Below are positions 31,501-44,964 of a DNA stretch of 64,000 nucleotides, piece after piece. The stretch covers positions 1,178,001 through 1,242,000 of the forward strand of contig JBNJNM010000021.1 in the NCBI GenBank assembly GCA_052426225.1, given 5' to 3'. Every line of letters starts with the position of its first letter. Within the stretch, counting starts at the first letter, position 1. The position numbers and the translations under genes were made by a program. The stretch is from Zancudomyces culisetae HAW-14-8. Taxonomy: Eukaryota > Fungi > Kickxellomycota. Under the pieces are notes generated by a model, which was not told the origin of the DNA, searched no databases, and worked only from the letters and a program-made list of their open reading frames with translations.

Positions 31501-33334
31501 TTGCGGCTAATGAAATATAGAAATCCATTATTTATAAAATACATTTATAAATCTAATATAATATTAATGGTATCAGAAAAGATTTACTAGGATTCTAATT
31601 TTGGTAAGGAATGAGATAATAAATTGGTTTGTATGCAGCATGAATGAACAATAGCTGCAACATCAGCCGAACTTGCCCATCTTTGCAATATCTGTAGATT
31701 TTACTAAAATGTGCTTTTTCCAATTATTTGCCAATACCATTCATCTAGCTCGACTTGCGCCAGAAATGTAAATCCAAGTTCATGAATGACGAACATGGGA
31801 ATGTGAAATTGTCAGAAATAACTTTTATTTGGTTAAAAGCGCATATAGTTGAAAAACTCTCATATTCTACAAATGTTTCCAGAGGTTTTCGTGTCACCAT
31901 GTTTTTTTTTCGTATTTGGTAGAAGAAAGTCATTCTATTCAAAATACAAGTGGATAATAACTGAATAATCAAAAATATATTGACCAAATACATTAGTCAA
32001 TCAACTTAAACCAATGACTTTAATCTTTTAAACATAAGGTTATAAACAGTGTTGGATTGTTAACTTTTTTGTTCTGACTTTTAAACACTGGCTGAGCTAA
32101 AATGAATGGATTAATTTTCGAATCTAAAAGCATGAACCACTTTATCCATATTATCATTAAAAAATTTTTTGTTGGGTATACCGAAATTGGAAAACAAAAT
32201 TGCTTATATTTATTTGACCATAGTTATTGCTGAAAATCGAGCAAATCAAACAAAAAATGCAGATGGTAGGAATGTATGGTAAGGGGACGGTGTTCTTATG
32301 AAAAACTGAAGATGGGGGAGGAGAGGAGAGGAGAGGAGTAAGATACAAAATGGTTATGCCATAAATGCAAGACATCAGACAAGCTGGAATAAGAATCAAC
32401 TTTTGCAGTAACTGCTGAGCTTAAATTTTGGGTTCGACAAGAGACAAAAACAAAGTACCCAACAAAAGCCAAAACCAAAACCAAAACGAAAACCAAAACG
32501 AAAACAATGTTCCACGTTGGAATGTCCATTTTCAAATGTACAAATTGGGGAGGGAAAATATTTCTTATCTTATCCCCCCAACAAATTTTTGATACATTTT
32601 CAAAAAAGCCGGGGATAATGTTCCAAGTCTATTTGTATGGCAAAATTATGTTGATTTTTCATGATTAACTGCATGTGCTTCCAGTTATCCTGATTGTTTT
32701 TATGATTGTACAAGAGCCACCAGTCAGATAGAGTTGCAGTTACATTTACAGTTATGGTTACAGACACAGCTATCGAAATGAATGGAGGCAGAATTAGGAC
32801 TATGGTGTAATTTATAGTTTGAAAAGTGAAAGGTTGGCAAACATGAAGAACAATCACACAAATACAAAAATACGCCTTACTTGTTATTGATGCATTTTTC
32901 CTCTTATTCTTTTGCAGCTGCCATGTGTGTGTTAATCATAATTTGAGAGCCATTTTGGCAAATAAAAGTAATGGAAATTTTATTCCATAATTACCGAAAT
33001 TGGAGACAAAGCAAATCATTGAAATATGTTTTCTTTCGGGTTACGTTTACAAGCATAGACTCATTCAATTTCGTTTCGCATGAACTGGGCGCAAGTGTTT
33101 CCGTAATAAAGTAGAACGCATGAAAAAAAGGATATAAGTTGATAGGAAGTGAAATTAACAGTTTAACAGAAATAAAAATAAAGACAGAGGCTAGGGTGCT
33201 GCTTTACATTTCTTATTTTTCAAAAACAGAGTTTCAACAGTATAAATACACCAACTACAAAAGGAAGAACTATTTCCTATACTAACTAATATTTACGCAA
33301 ATAAGGAGAGAAAAAGTTCTGATAATAATAAAAG

Positions 33335-35879
<2,545 letters not shown>

Positions 35880-36056
35880 GATACCATATACATGGCATTT
35901 GGCTTTTAAATTGTTTTTTATTAAAAGGGTTTATTTTAACTAGTAGTTTATAGCGGAGATGTTCATATCTAAATAATGACCAAAACGTGTAACCATAGCT
36001 ATAAATTGTAAAAGAAAAAAGGGGAGAATCCTGATTTTAAAATAAGAGGAGAATGT

Positions 36057-39000
36057 TTATTTGGACTTCTTCTTCTTGTTGGTCTTTTTGCGGTTGGACG
36101 GTGAAGAGCCTTTACCAACTACAAAGTTGTAAATGTCATCAATAGTCATTTTGTCAGAGCTCAAAGGAGCAGTATTTGTTGAGGATTTTTTACCAGGAGT
36201 AGAGGTGTTCTTATTGCTTGACAACGAGACTGGAGTTTCGGAGCTGGAGGCAGGAATTGAAGCAAGAGGGACGTTGGCAGCGCTGGAGAGTTTGGCGAAT
36301 TTGGCAGACTCAACAGCCAATGCAGTTAGGCGATTAAGCCATAGCTCGGACTCCTTGACTCTGAGATCAGATTCGGGCAACAGAGAAGAATAAATGGTAT
36401 GGGCAGACTTTGCGTGGTTCATGGCTGCCTTAAAATCACCAGTAGCGGCAACAGATTTGGCTAGGTTCAACAGAGAAGAGGCTGTAAGCAAGTGCGAGTC
36501 TCCGTAGATGTCTAGACGAAGCTTATAGGCAAGGTTGAAGAATGAAATAGCAGAGTTCAAATATTTAAGAGATTGGTTATTCGAAGTAAGGGGTATGGAT
36601 GAATATCTTGCAGTTAGAGAGTAGATTTGTTGGTAGATTGCTGCAATATTCGAATAGATGATGGCCAATACAGGATAATTAAGGGTTCCAATTAGACTCC
36701 AAAGCTCAAGAGCATGAGTAGCGAAGACAACAGCGGAGGCGCTAAGGATTGCTGGATCGATTGATGCAGCAGGTGTTGAAGTTTGAGTCGAACCTGATTC
36801 GGTTTTCTCTGCGGCTTCTGCGTCTTCTCTGGCAGCAGCGGCAAGAATTGAGGATTCGTGGAGGTAAAGGGCGTAGTTTAGATAGTTGTAGATGGTTTCT
36901 GCGTCGTCGTTACCCAGAGATTTCTCGCTGGTGACAATCGCCTGTTGCATCAGTTCGATGGCAACGTCCAGATTGGAAATTTCATGGTAGATGGAGGATA
37001 AATCGGCATAGAATTTGCCAGTCAAGGGATGCAAATGACCATAGCGAGTTTCGTGCATCACACAAAGATCATGGATTAGGGAGAGACCCAAAGTTCGCTG
37101 TTGCTGCTGCTGTTGCTCCTTCAAAGCCATTTCTTCGCTACTTTCAGCGTTTTCGGCATTGGATTCGGACGGTGCAGCATTGATAGAGTTGAAAATCAGA
37201 TTCTTTGCAAACTCAACTTTTTCGTGAGGGAAATTGATTGGGAAGTTAGCATGTTTGACAATAGGGACAAAATTGAGGACGTCGTCAGCAGAAACATAAA
37301 CTTTAAAGTCATTGCTGACCTGCTGCTCTTGGTTTTCGGCGTCGTTGTTGGTGGCATCGTCTAATGCAGCAATAATGGTGGAGAGTGAGAGCTGAACACC
37401 CAGCTTCAAACATATTTCGCGTAACATGATGCGCTTGTGTGGAAGAACAAACTTTTCGTTCCAGTCAGAACCAAGACTGTTGAGATCAAATCTAAAGCGT
37501 TTGTAAACTTGGGAAGCGATTTCGTTCAACAATTGGAGAGCTTCTGCTTGAACTTGAGGTTGTTGAGAAGTGCTGTTAAAGAGGGTGTTTACAAATTTGC
37601 AGAAAATATCCGCGTGCTCTGTATAATCTGGCTCGTTTTTGAAACGTGCTTGAAGGAGTTTCTTGATGGCACGAACAACCATTTCCCTTACCACCAAACC
37701 AAAGATACCAGCATTGATGTTGGTATTTTCGCTAAGAGTTGGAAGTAACAGTGTAGCCACCTTGCCCAAATAACGCATATTGATTCCTCTGTTGTGCATG
37801 TACTTGGTCAATGACTTACCGTCAATTGGGGTCATCAGGTTGGTCGCTGCTGTTTCTGTTGTCTTTGCTGCTGCATCAGAAGATGGTGCTCTTTCGCTTA
37901 TTTCATCCACGAACTTTGGAATAACCTCGTTGTTCAAGTATTGCGAAACCAAGTCCACAACAGGTTTGTCTGCATCAAAGACCTTTCTGTTGAATTCTTC
38001 GTTCAACTCGGTAGTCTTGATGTCGACATAGCAATCTTGGTTGAGAAGAATCTTGGATAGCAGCTCTTTTTCTCTATCCGAATCTTCGACTTGTTTAGAT
38101 TCGGCTTGATCTTCACTCTTTTCCTGCTGCGCCAAAATGTCCTTAACCTGGGCTTGAACACAGTGGTCCCAATAACTTGACAGCAATTCATATCTCAACA
38201 AAACAAGGTGGTGAGGATAGGAGTTCTCGTCACCTGCGTTTTTTTCCTCGACACAGTGTTGTTTGTAAAATTCGCTATCAACCGGGAATAGTCTGTAGCA
38301 GTCTACCAAATAGTTTCTTCCGTCGGTTCCCTTAATTCCCTTGACATCAATTGAGGTGTAAAGTTCGTGAATGGTTCCTTCACCGTCCATGATAGTTCGT
38401 GGCTTGAGTTTGAGCTGATTGGCCACTGGTTCCAGCAGCTTGTGGAACTCGGGGTTTGATTGAATCTTCATTCCACCAGCCACTGATCCATAGGAAATTA
38501 TGCTGTCGCCTGCATCATCGCCAGAATTATCGTTGCGTTTCAGTATACCAGGCACTATGGTTTGTGCAACTACTCTTTCGCCTCTGTAGTCAATGACGGC
38601 TGTCCCCAGAGTGTACAAACTGTTGTTTTCAGTTATTCCGTTTATCAGCTTGACTCCCTCGACGTCCTTTGATGCTGCGATATACGCAGCCTCTTTGCCT
38701 CCAATGGTTGAAAACAGGTCTCTCGAGTCGTTGGCCTTGGAAAAGAAAATGTTTTCTCGCAGATAAATGTACTGCTCTGGATCGTCTTCCGTGCTAACAC
38801 CACCAGCCTCCTCTCCCTCCTCCTTCTCATCAGCAGATGCCATACCAATGTTCAGTGGCATTACGTCGTCTTCCAATATAGCCATTGCCCCACTGACTGC
38901 CGCCTCGTTAAACTCATTCTGCCAGTTCAAGAGCTGTGTACTTTGGATACTTGCTTCGTTGGCCTCCGATAGCTCCTTAATGCTCTGCAACTCTTCGTTC

Positions 39001-40463
39001 CAATCACGGATGGCTTCAGATCCTCTGTATCCATACTTGAGCATAGTGCTCTGAGTTCTTCCAATGTCATAACCTATTGTTGCATTTGTGGATTTAGATG
39101 CCTCACCCTTTCCAGCACTGCCATCACCACTGTTGGTAGAATAAGCTGGCCCAGAAACAACCCATGATGCCGTTGGTAGATATGAATACCCTGCAGATAT
39201 CGTTTCTAATGGCACTAGCCTTGCTATTTTCTGCTGAACTTCGTCAAACTTTCTGGTGAACGCTGATGATAGCTTTTTAATGAGACCAATCAGAGTACTG
39301 CTTTGCTTTTCCCCGTTCTGGGCAAGAGGCTCAGGGTTGAACTCCCTCTGCGAACTCTTGTTGACAAAAAAGCCTTTTCTGTGCGCTGTGATATAGTATT
39401 TTTCACCTTCCAGAGTAGTAAGCTCCAAGTACATTATGTCCCCCTTTTGAACTCGGTTTCTGGGGACTGGGTTCCATCCAGAAATAATTATTTCTCTCAC
39501 ACAGGCTGCAGTTTGCAGTCTTTCCCGGTACTCTTGCGTACCAAGTACTTTTAGGCTTGGCTCTTTTCCTGGTTTGTAATCATTCAACCCCAGTATTCTG
39601 TTGACTGCCCTGGCTCTTTCCTTTATTAAGTCTTGATCCTCTTTTCCGGCTCCCTCTCCCGCCGTTGTTACAGCTGAACCTTTCTTTTTACCTTTTCCGC
39701 TGCTAAAATTGTCACTTCCCACACCATTTGCCTTTCCAAATGACTGCTTCTTGCCGCCAATTGACCTGAACTGGGTCTGCCCATGCTTCTTTTTTTTCTT
39801 TCCACCAGCGCCTTCATCCTTTTTCCTGTTACCATTCTCCGAAGCGCTTATGATGTCATTGATTTTGTCATTTAATACTGGAAACAAAGTGTATCCACTA
39901 TCTATTGCCACCATTCCCTCGTTGGTGACGTTGGCGCCACCAATGATATCTCGGAGCCTTGTCAGTTGAATTCTTACCTCGCGCTCGTTATAATCCTTCT
40001 CTGAAATCCCCAGTACAACATTTCCTTCTTCATCCTTTACACCATTCTCAACGGTCTTGTCCTCCCCCTCAGATATTATTTTCTGTTCGACTATTTGCAT
40101 TGCCTCAGCAAAAGTCAAGCTCTCTAGTAACTTTTTTCCCGAGCATTCTAAATCAAAACAACTATATTCCATGGTATCCGGGTATTGGAATACAGCTTGT
40201 TTAATCTCTGAAATCATTTCTGCTCCAGTTAGCTTCAAGTATATAGCGCTTTTATTTGGAGAAATTACTTTTACTCTAAATCCCTGTCCCTCCTCCTCCT
40301 CTTCAGTCTCTACTTCAGGACCCTGTCCACCCTCTATTTCACCTTTAACGTGCTCAAGTTCCACGCTACTGGCCTGCTCCAGGACTGTTGAGTCGTTTTC
40401 GTTTTGCTTTTGAGCTTTGCTTTCCTCCCCCATATTTGCTCTGTTTTGCTCAGTTGCTGACAT
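36057..40463 (-). CDS. CLU1: Clustered mitochondria protein (Clu1/CLUH), single exon
   Basis: CLU_N, CLU domain (SGWNPVP, DWNEELQ, IDYRGERVVAQTIVPGIL, GTDGRNY), central MHNRGINMRYLG, C-terminal TPRs. Confidence 0.95.
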   Translation of the reverse strand: MSATEQNRANMGEESKAQKQNENDSTVLEQASSVELEHVKGEIEGGQGPEVETEEEEEGQGFRVKVISPNKSAIYLKLTGAEMISEIKQAVFQYPDTMEYSCFDLECSGKKLLESLTFAEAMQIVEQKIISEGEDKTVENGVKDEEGNVVLGISEKDYNEREVRIQLTRLRDIIGGANVTNEGMVAIDSGYTLFPVLNDKINDIISASENGNRKKDEGAGGKKKKKHGQTQFRSIGGKKQSFGKANGVGSDNFSSGKGKKKGSAVTTAGEGAGKEDQDLIKERARAVNRILGLNDYKPGKEPSLKVLGTQEYRERLQTAACVREIIISGWNPVPRNRVQKGDIMYLELTTLEGEKYYITAHRKGFFVNKSSQREFNPEPLAQNGEKQSSTLIGLIKKLSSAFTRKFDEVQQKIARLVPLETISAGYSYLPTASWVVSGPAYSTNSGDGSAGKGEASKSTNATIGYDIGRTQSTMLKYGYRGSEAIRDWNEELQSIKELSEANEASIQSTQLLNWQNEFNEAAVSGAMAILEDDVMPLNIGMASADEKEEGEEAGGVSTEDDPEQYIYLRENIFFSKANDSRDLFSTIGGKEAAYIAASKDVEGVKLINGITENNSLYTLGTAVIDYRGERVVAQTIVPGILKRNDNSGDDAGDSIISYGSVAGGMKIQSNPEFHKLLEPVANQLKLKPRTIMDGEGTIHELYTSIDVKGIKGTDGRNYLVDCYRLFPVDSEFYKQHCVEEKNAGDENSYPHHLVLLRYELLSSYWDHCVQAQVKDILAQQEKSEDQAESKQVEDSDREKELLSKILLNQDCYVDIKTTELNEEFNRKVFDADKPVVDLVSQYLNNEVIPKFVDEISERAPSSDAAAKTTETAATNLMTPIDGKSLTKYMHNRGINMRYLGKVATLLLPTLSENTNINAGIFGLVVREMVVRAIKKLLQARFKNEPDYTEHADIFCKFVNTLFNSTSQQPQVQAEALQLLNEIASQVYKRFRFDLNSLGSDWNEKFVLPHKRIMLREICLKLGVQLSLSTIIAALDDATNNDAENQEQQVSNDFKVYVSADDVLNFVPIVKHANFPINFPHEKVEFAKNLIFNSINAAPSESNAENAESSEEMALKEQQQQQQRTLGLSLIHDLCVMHETRYGHLHPLTGKFYADLSSIYHEISNLDVAIELMQQAIVTSEKSLGNDDAETIYNYLNYALYLHESSILAAAAREDAEAAEKTESGSTQTSTPAASIDPAILSASAVVFATHALELWSLIGTLNYPVLAIIYSNIAAIYQQIYSLTARYSSIPLTSNNQSLKYLNSAISFFNLAYKLRLDIYGDSHLLTASSLLNLAKSVAATGDFKAAMNHAKSAHTIYSSLLPESDLRVKESELWLNRLTALAVESAKFAKLSSAANVPLASIPASSSETPVSLSSNKNTSTPGKKSSTNTAPLSSDKMTIDDIYNFVVGKGSSPSNRKKTNKKKKSK

Positions 40464-41585
40464 TCTTTTCCCCCGCGATTTTCAGTGAAGTTAATTGTTC
40501 AGTTGAATCTATATAGCAGTCGTAGCTCTCTTTCTTTTACTACTGGTTTTGTTTATGCTTTCTTTGCTATCCCCCTATTATTTCTTCTCTATGTGTAAAG
40601 TTCTTATTTTCCTTTATCTAGAAACGAGTAAAATGATGGGTACCTTTTTTTTTTTGATTTCTTGGTGGGACTTATTTTTTACGTGCATTTTTATTTTATT
40701 CTGATTTCTCAAATATGATTTGCTAGTGTATCTTGGTTTATTTGCTTTACTGATTCAATTCCAAAAAAAAATTTTTATTCCCCCTACCCCCCCCCCTCCT
40801 GTACCTGAATCAAAGCAAGTTCAGGTTTTGGGTTTTAGATTAATTTATTTTTGCCACTGCTGCATGTTTGCTATTCACCCAATCTTGAATCAACGATAAT
40901 ACTTTTGCTGATACCTAACCATATCAAGTGGCGAAAATATTTTTTTTCTTGGTTCAAATTGGAATTGTAGTTGTAGCTTATATCCTGAAATTTACATATT
41001 TCAGCATACCTGAGCGTATCTGTGCTTAATATGTTTCTTCATCTCACTTTCCTTGTACTTTACCTTACTTTTATTTTACTCCACCTCACTCCACTCTTGG
41101 CGTTTGATCAAAAACCAAACACCAACCAATAAAGGGGGGGAAAGGGAATGTACTCTTTAATGGGGAGTAGGACGATCATGGCAGTTGTTTTTTCTTTTCT
41201 GAGAGATTGGTATCAATGATTCAGATAAACGTCTCAGACAAAGTATGCGAAATATTGAGGAGCAACTATAGTCTTATCCATCAACCATTGATTTGGATTG
41301 ATTTCTGGGTGGGGTTTGCATGACCAACACACAGATCGAGTAGTTTGTGCTAAAACTATTGGATGTAGTACATTTCAAGTCTATTTATTTCCAATTTTTC
41401 CGTTATTTTAGCCTGTACATTCTTTATTCTAACCTATTAGCGCTTTTAATCACTACAACTTGTGGATTGAGTTAAAAATCAAAGCCAACCCCCCAAATTC
41501 CATCAATGTTCTCCAACTTGACCACCAAAGAATTAATGCAAACAAAGAAACAAAGGAAAATTACAAGACACATTATTTAACCAGC

Positions 41586-43037
41586 ATGAGTTCAAATCTG
41601 TACTTCGATTATCAGGCTACGACTCCGGTAGATCCATCTGTTTCAAAAGTCATATATGATTCTTTAAAATCCGACTGGGGAAATCCCAGTTCACCTCACG
41701 AATTTGGCATTAAAGCAAAGCGAACCATCGAAAATGCAAGAAAACAGGTGGGACAACTAATAAATTCCAAAGCAACCGACATAATCTTCACATCAGGTGG
41801 AACTGAAAGCAATAATATTGCATTGTTTTCAGGCTTAGAACACTGGAAGGTGCAAAATTTGAAAAAATCAAATAAGGCGCTTCCCCATTATATAATTTCG
41901 AACGTGGAGCATCCAGCTGTGGCGGAACCTGTCAAAAAAATGGTATCTGACGGTCTAGCCACAGTTTCGTACTTGTCAACAAACAAAGATGGAACGGTAG
42001 ATACGGACGGCATCAGTATGGAGCTTATGAAGCATCCAAACACCATTATGATCAGCGTAATGCTTGTAAACAATGAAACCGGTGTAATAAACAATATAAA
42101 GCGTCTTGTACAATTGGTCAGGGAGTTTGAACAAGGTCGAGAACGGATGGGTTGTGGTAGGAGTTCCGGCAATAGAATTTTTGTACATACTGATGCTGCC
42201 CAGGCTATTGGTAAAATACACGTAAATGTGGTAGATTTGGATATAGACTACCTGACTATTGTGGGCCACAAGGTATATGGGCCCAGAATCGGCGCTCTTT
42301 ATGCAAAAAATACGGGGATAGAAACACCAGTTTTTCCTATTGTATTTGGTGCTGGCCAAGAACGAGGATACAGACCAGGGACGGAAAACACACCAATGAT
42401 TGCGGGCTTGGGAAAGGTAAGTATCTACATTATCAAAAATCTTTATTTTTTCTTCTTGGGGTTTGCCTTTGATGGTATTCTCTATTTCAAATCCCCCCCC
42501 CCTCCGGGAGGTACTGAACATACACTCATAAATTAGGCTTGTGAAATTCTCAGTACAAATAATGATATGTTCTTCAGGCACTATTCGGAACTTACATCTA
42601 GATTTACAGACTTGATTGTTGAGTCGAACCCTCTGCCATCCGTGTTCAAAATATTGTTTTTTGGTGATGTAAAAAACAAATGCAAGGTTATACCAAATAC
42701 AGTGAATTTTTCTTTAGTGTATCTCAGTGGAAATCATGCTAACGATAAGGAAGAAAGAGTTGTTTCTAGCCTACAAGATCCGAGAAAACTTGGCCTTCTA
42801 TTGGATTTGGTTACAAAGCTGGCAGAAAATGGTATATTTATTGGTAGAGGCTCCGCATGTCACTCTGGAATCAGTAAGCCATCGCCTGTTCTAACCGCCA
42901 TGGGCGTGGATAATGATACTGCGCTAACTTCGCTAAGATTCAGTGTCGGTCGCGAGACCAGTGCATCGGATGTCGACATCTTTGTGTCTGTGTACTGGAA
43001 AATAGTGTATGAGTTTTATAATGCTTTCCTGAAATAG
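41586..43037 (+). CDS. SCLY: Selenocysteine lyase-like group I NifS PLP enzyme; 2 exons (41586-42416, 42537-43037), 443 aa
   Basis: YFDYQATTP, FTSGGTESNN, HTDAAQAIGK, TIVGHKVYGPRIGALY (PLP Lys), [28 protein letters not shown] (catalytic Cys); no mitochondrial presequence. Confidence 0.85.
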
Positions 43038-43688
43038 TTTTGTGGAGAAGATTGTAATTTTATACCAGATACACTACCTTATGTGTATTTGTGCAAAAGA
43101 CAAATCTAGTGTGGAAATGCACATATATACAAAACTGCTGTGTTGATGTAACTTAAAGGTTTTGATATAGTGAGATATTAAATATCGCCACTACTAGCCA
43201 GTTGGACTTGTCTTTTTTCACAGAACAGCTAGATTTACAGTTATTATCAAAGTCAAAGATCTGTTTTAATGGATCATGTGTTGAATAATAGCACCTCGCT
43301 ACCCCATGCATCTCCTTTTGCCAACTTGAAAAAATAAGTGTTTTTTGCTCGATGTGTTGATCCGCTTACAGATCCGTCCAATTGGGTGTATTTAACTTTT
43401 ATTGGCTCTTTTGGAGCTTTTTTCTCATCCCATTCATTTACAATTGCCGCTATTTACCGCTTCCGTTATTTTATTGTACCACTAAGAGCTCACAATTGCT
43501 TTATGTTCAACAAAAAAATAAAATACATATATAAGGTTCGTTAGGTAGAAATTTCACTGATCTGCTTGCTTTTTGACATTCTCCAAAGATAGTTTAAAAG
43601 GTACAGGTAAAATACAGAATACACCAGCTAAGGAATGACAAAAAATCATTATTTTTCACAAAACCATTGAATAAATCACGGTTCACCA

Positions 43689-44964
43689 ATGTATAATTTT
43701 GTTCCAATCATACACATATCTGATGCTCAAAATCAAGCGGAGGAAAAGGTAAGACGACTAACTTGTTAATAAAACAAAATTCATCTCTACTTGAACACTA
43801 GAAATATAGAAAAAATAAAATGTGCTGAAAATTACAGCTTAGCAGTGAGGAAATATGGAGTGATTTGGATTTTCTTGGAGCCTGGAACGAACTTACTACT
43901 GATTTCAAGGTAATTGTTCGAATTATGGAGGGGAGTTATATATTTTTGATTTTTAGCTTATTTAGAGTATGGGTTTCTTTTGACAGAAATTGTCACATGC
44001 TTTATACAAAATGTAAAATGTAGACCCACAACAACCTGGAAATGACTTTGGATTCAAACCGTCATGATATCAGCTCCAATGTTCCAATATGGTATTGTCT
44101 TGATTTTGATGCATACACGTGTATATTGTATATACAACTATTATATATTTTTATTTACACTAACTGTATTACCCTCTAATTAGTAACTTAGGGAATGGTT
44201 CTTTTATTTCTCAGTCAAGTAAAATAGTAAGTATTTTACATGTATTTACTTGAACATGGAATTTTTTCAACTAAGTAGCAAGTACTAAATGACACGTTAT
44301 TTTATTTTTAGGGTAGAAATGGCATAGCTTCACTAATTATACTTGGTATATAAAATGTGTTGAGGCTGTATTTTAAGTAGTGGATGTCGATCAGAGTGCG
44401 ATCTTTTTTTTCTATTAAAAAAACAATTATATACTTAAATAGGCTTACCGGTCTTTAGCACGCCACCATCCAGTTCAAGAACACCCCGCACTGTATGTGT
44501 TTTATCGAGTTATATCTATAAAAAGTTTCCTATTCTCGTGATGATAACTGTGGATACACACTGGATAAATTAAATTTGTATTACAGGACGAAATAGAAAA
44601 TAAAGACAGCTATAGCACTGGAAAGCTAAGATTGTTCAAAACAAGACAAAATAAAAATATAGTCACTGGTAGCGACAATAGCCAAAACCGAACATCTGAA
44701 CTTCAGATGGGTGCGAGTAGCAAGATGCTATCTTATCAAGACCGGCTTGAGAAGTTGCCGGAATCACCTGACAGTTCGGTAGCTAGTATACAAGGGGTAT
44801 GCTTTTCCAAAGATCTCGATGTGCACCCCGAAGAGTGTGCTTCTTTGCAAGATTTAGGCAAAACTGACATAAATAGTTTACGCCGAGGAGTGAAAAGACC
44901 AGCAGCTTTTTACAAACCATTTTCTTTTGAAACTGAAATGAACAAAAGGGCACACAACCGTTAA
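43689..44964 (+). CDS. 7-exon protein (~234 aa) with SMN Gemin2-binding-like N-terminal motif; exons 43689-43748, 43838-43909, 44024-44091, 44184-44226, 44312-44345, 44443-44492, 44587-44964
   Basis: Six GT-AG introns with compatible phases join into the 44632-44964 ORF. LSSEEIWSDLDFLGAWNELTTDFKTH resembles the fungal SMN N-terminus. Confidence 0.65.
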
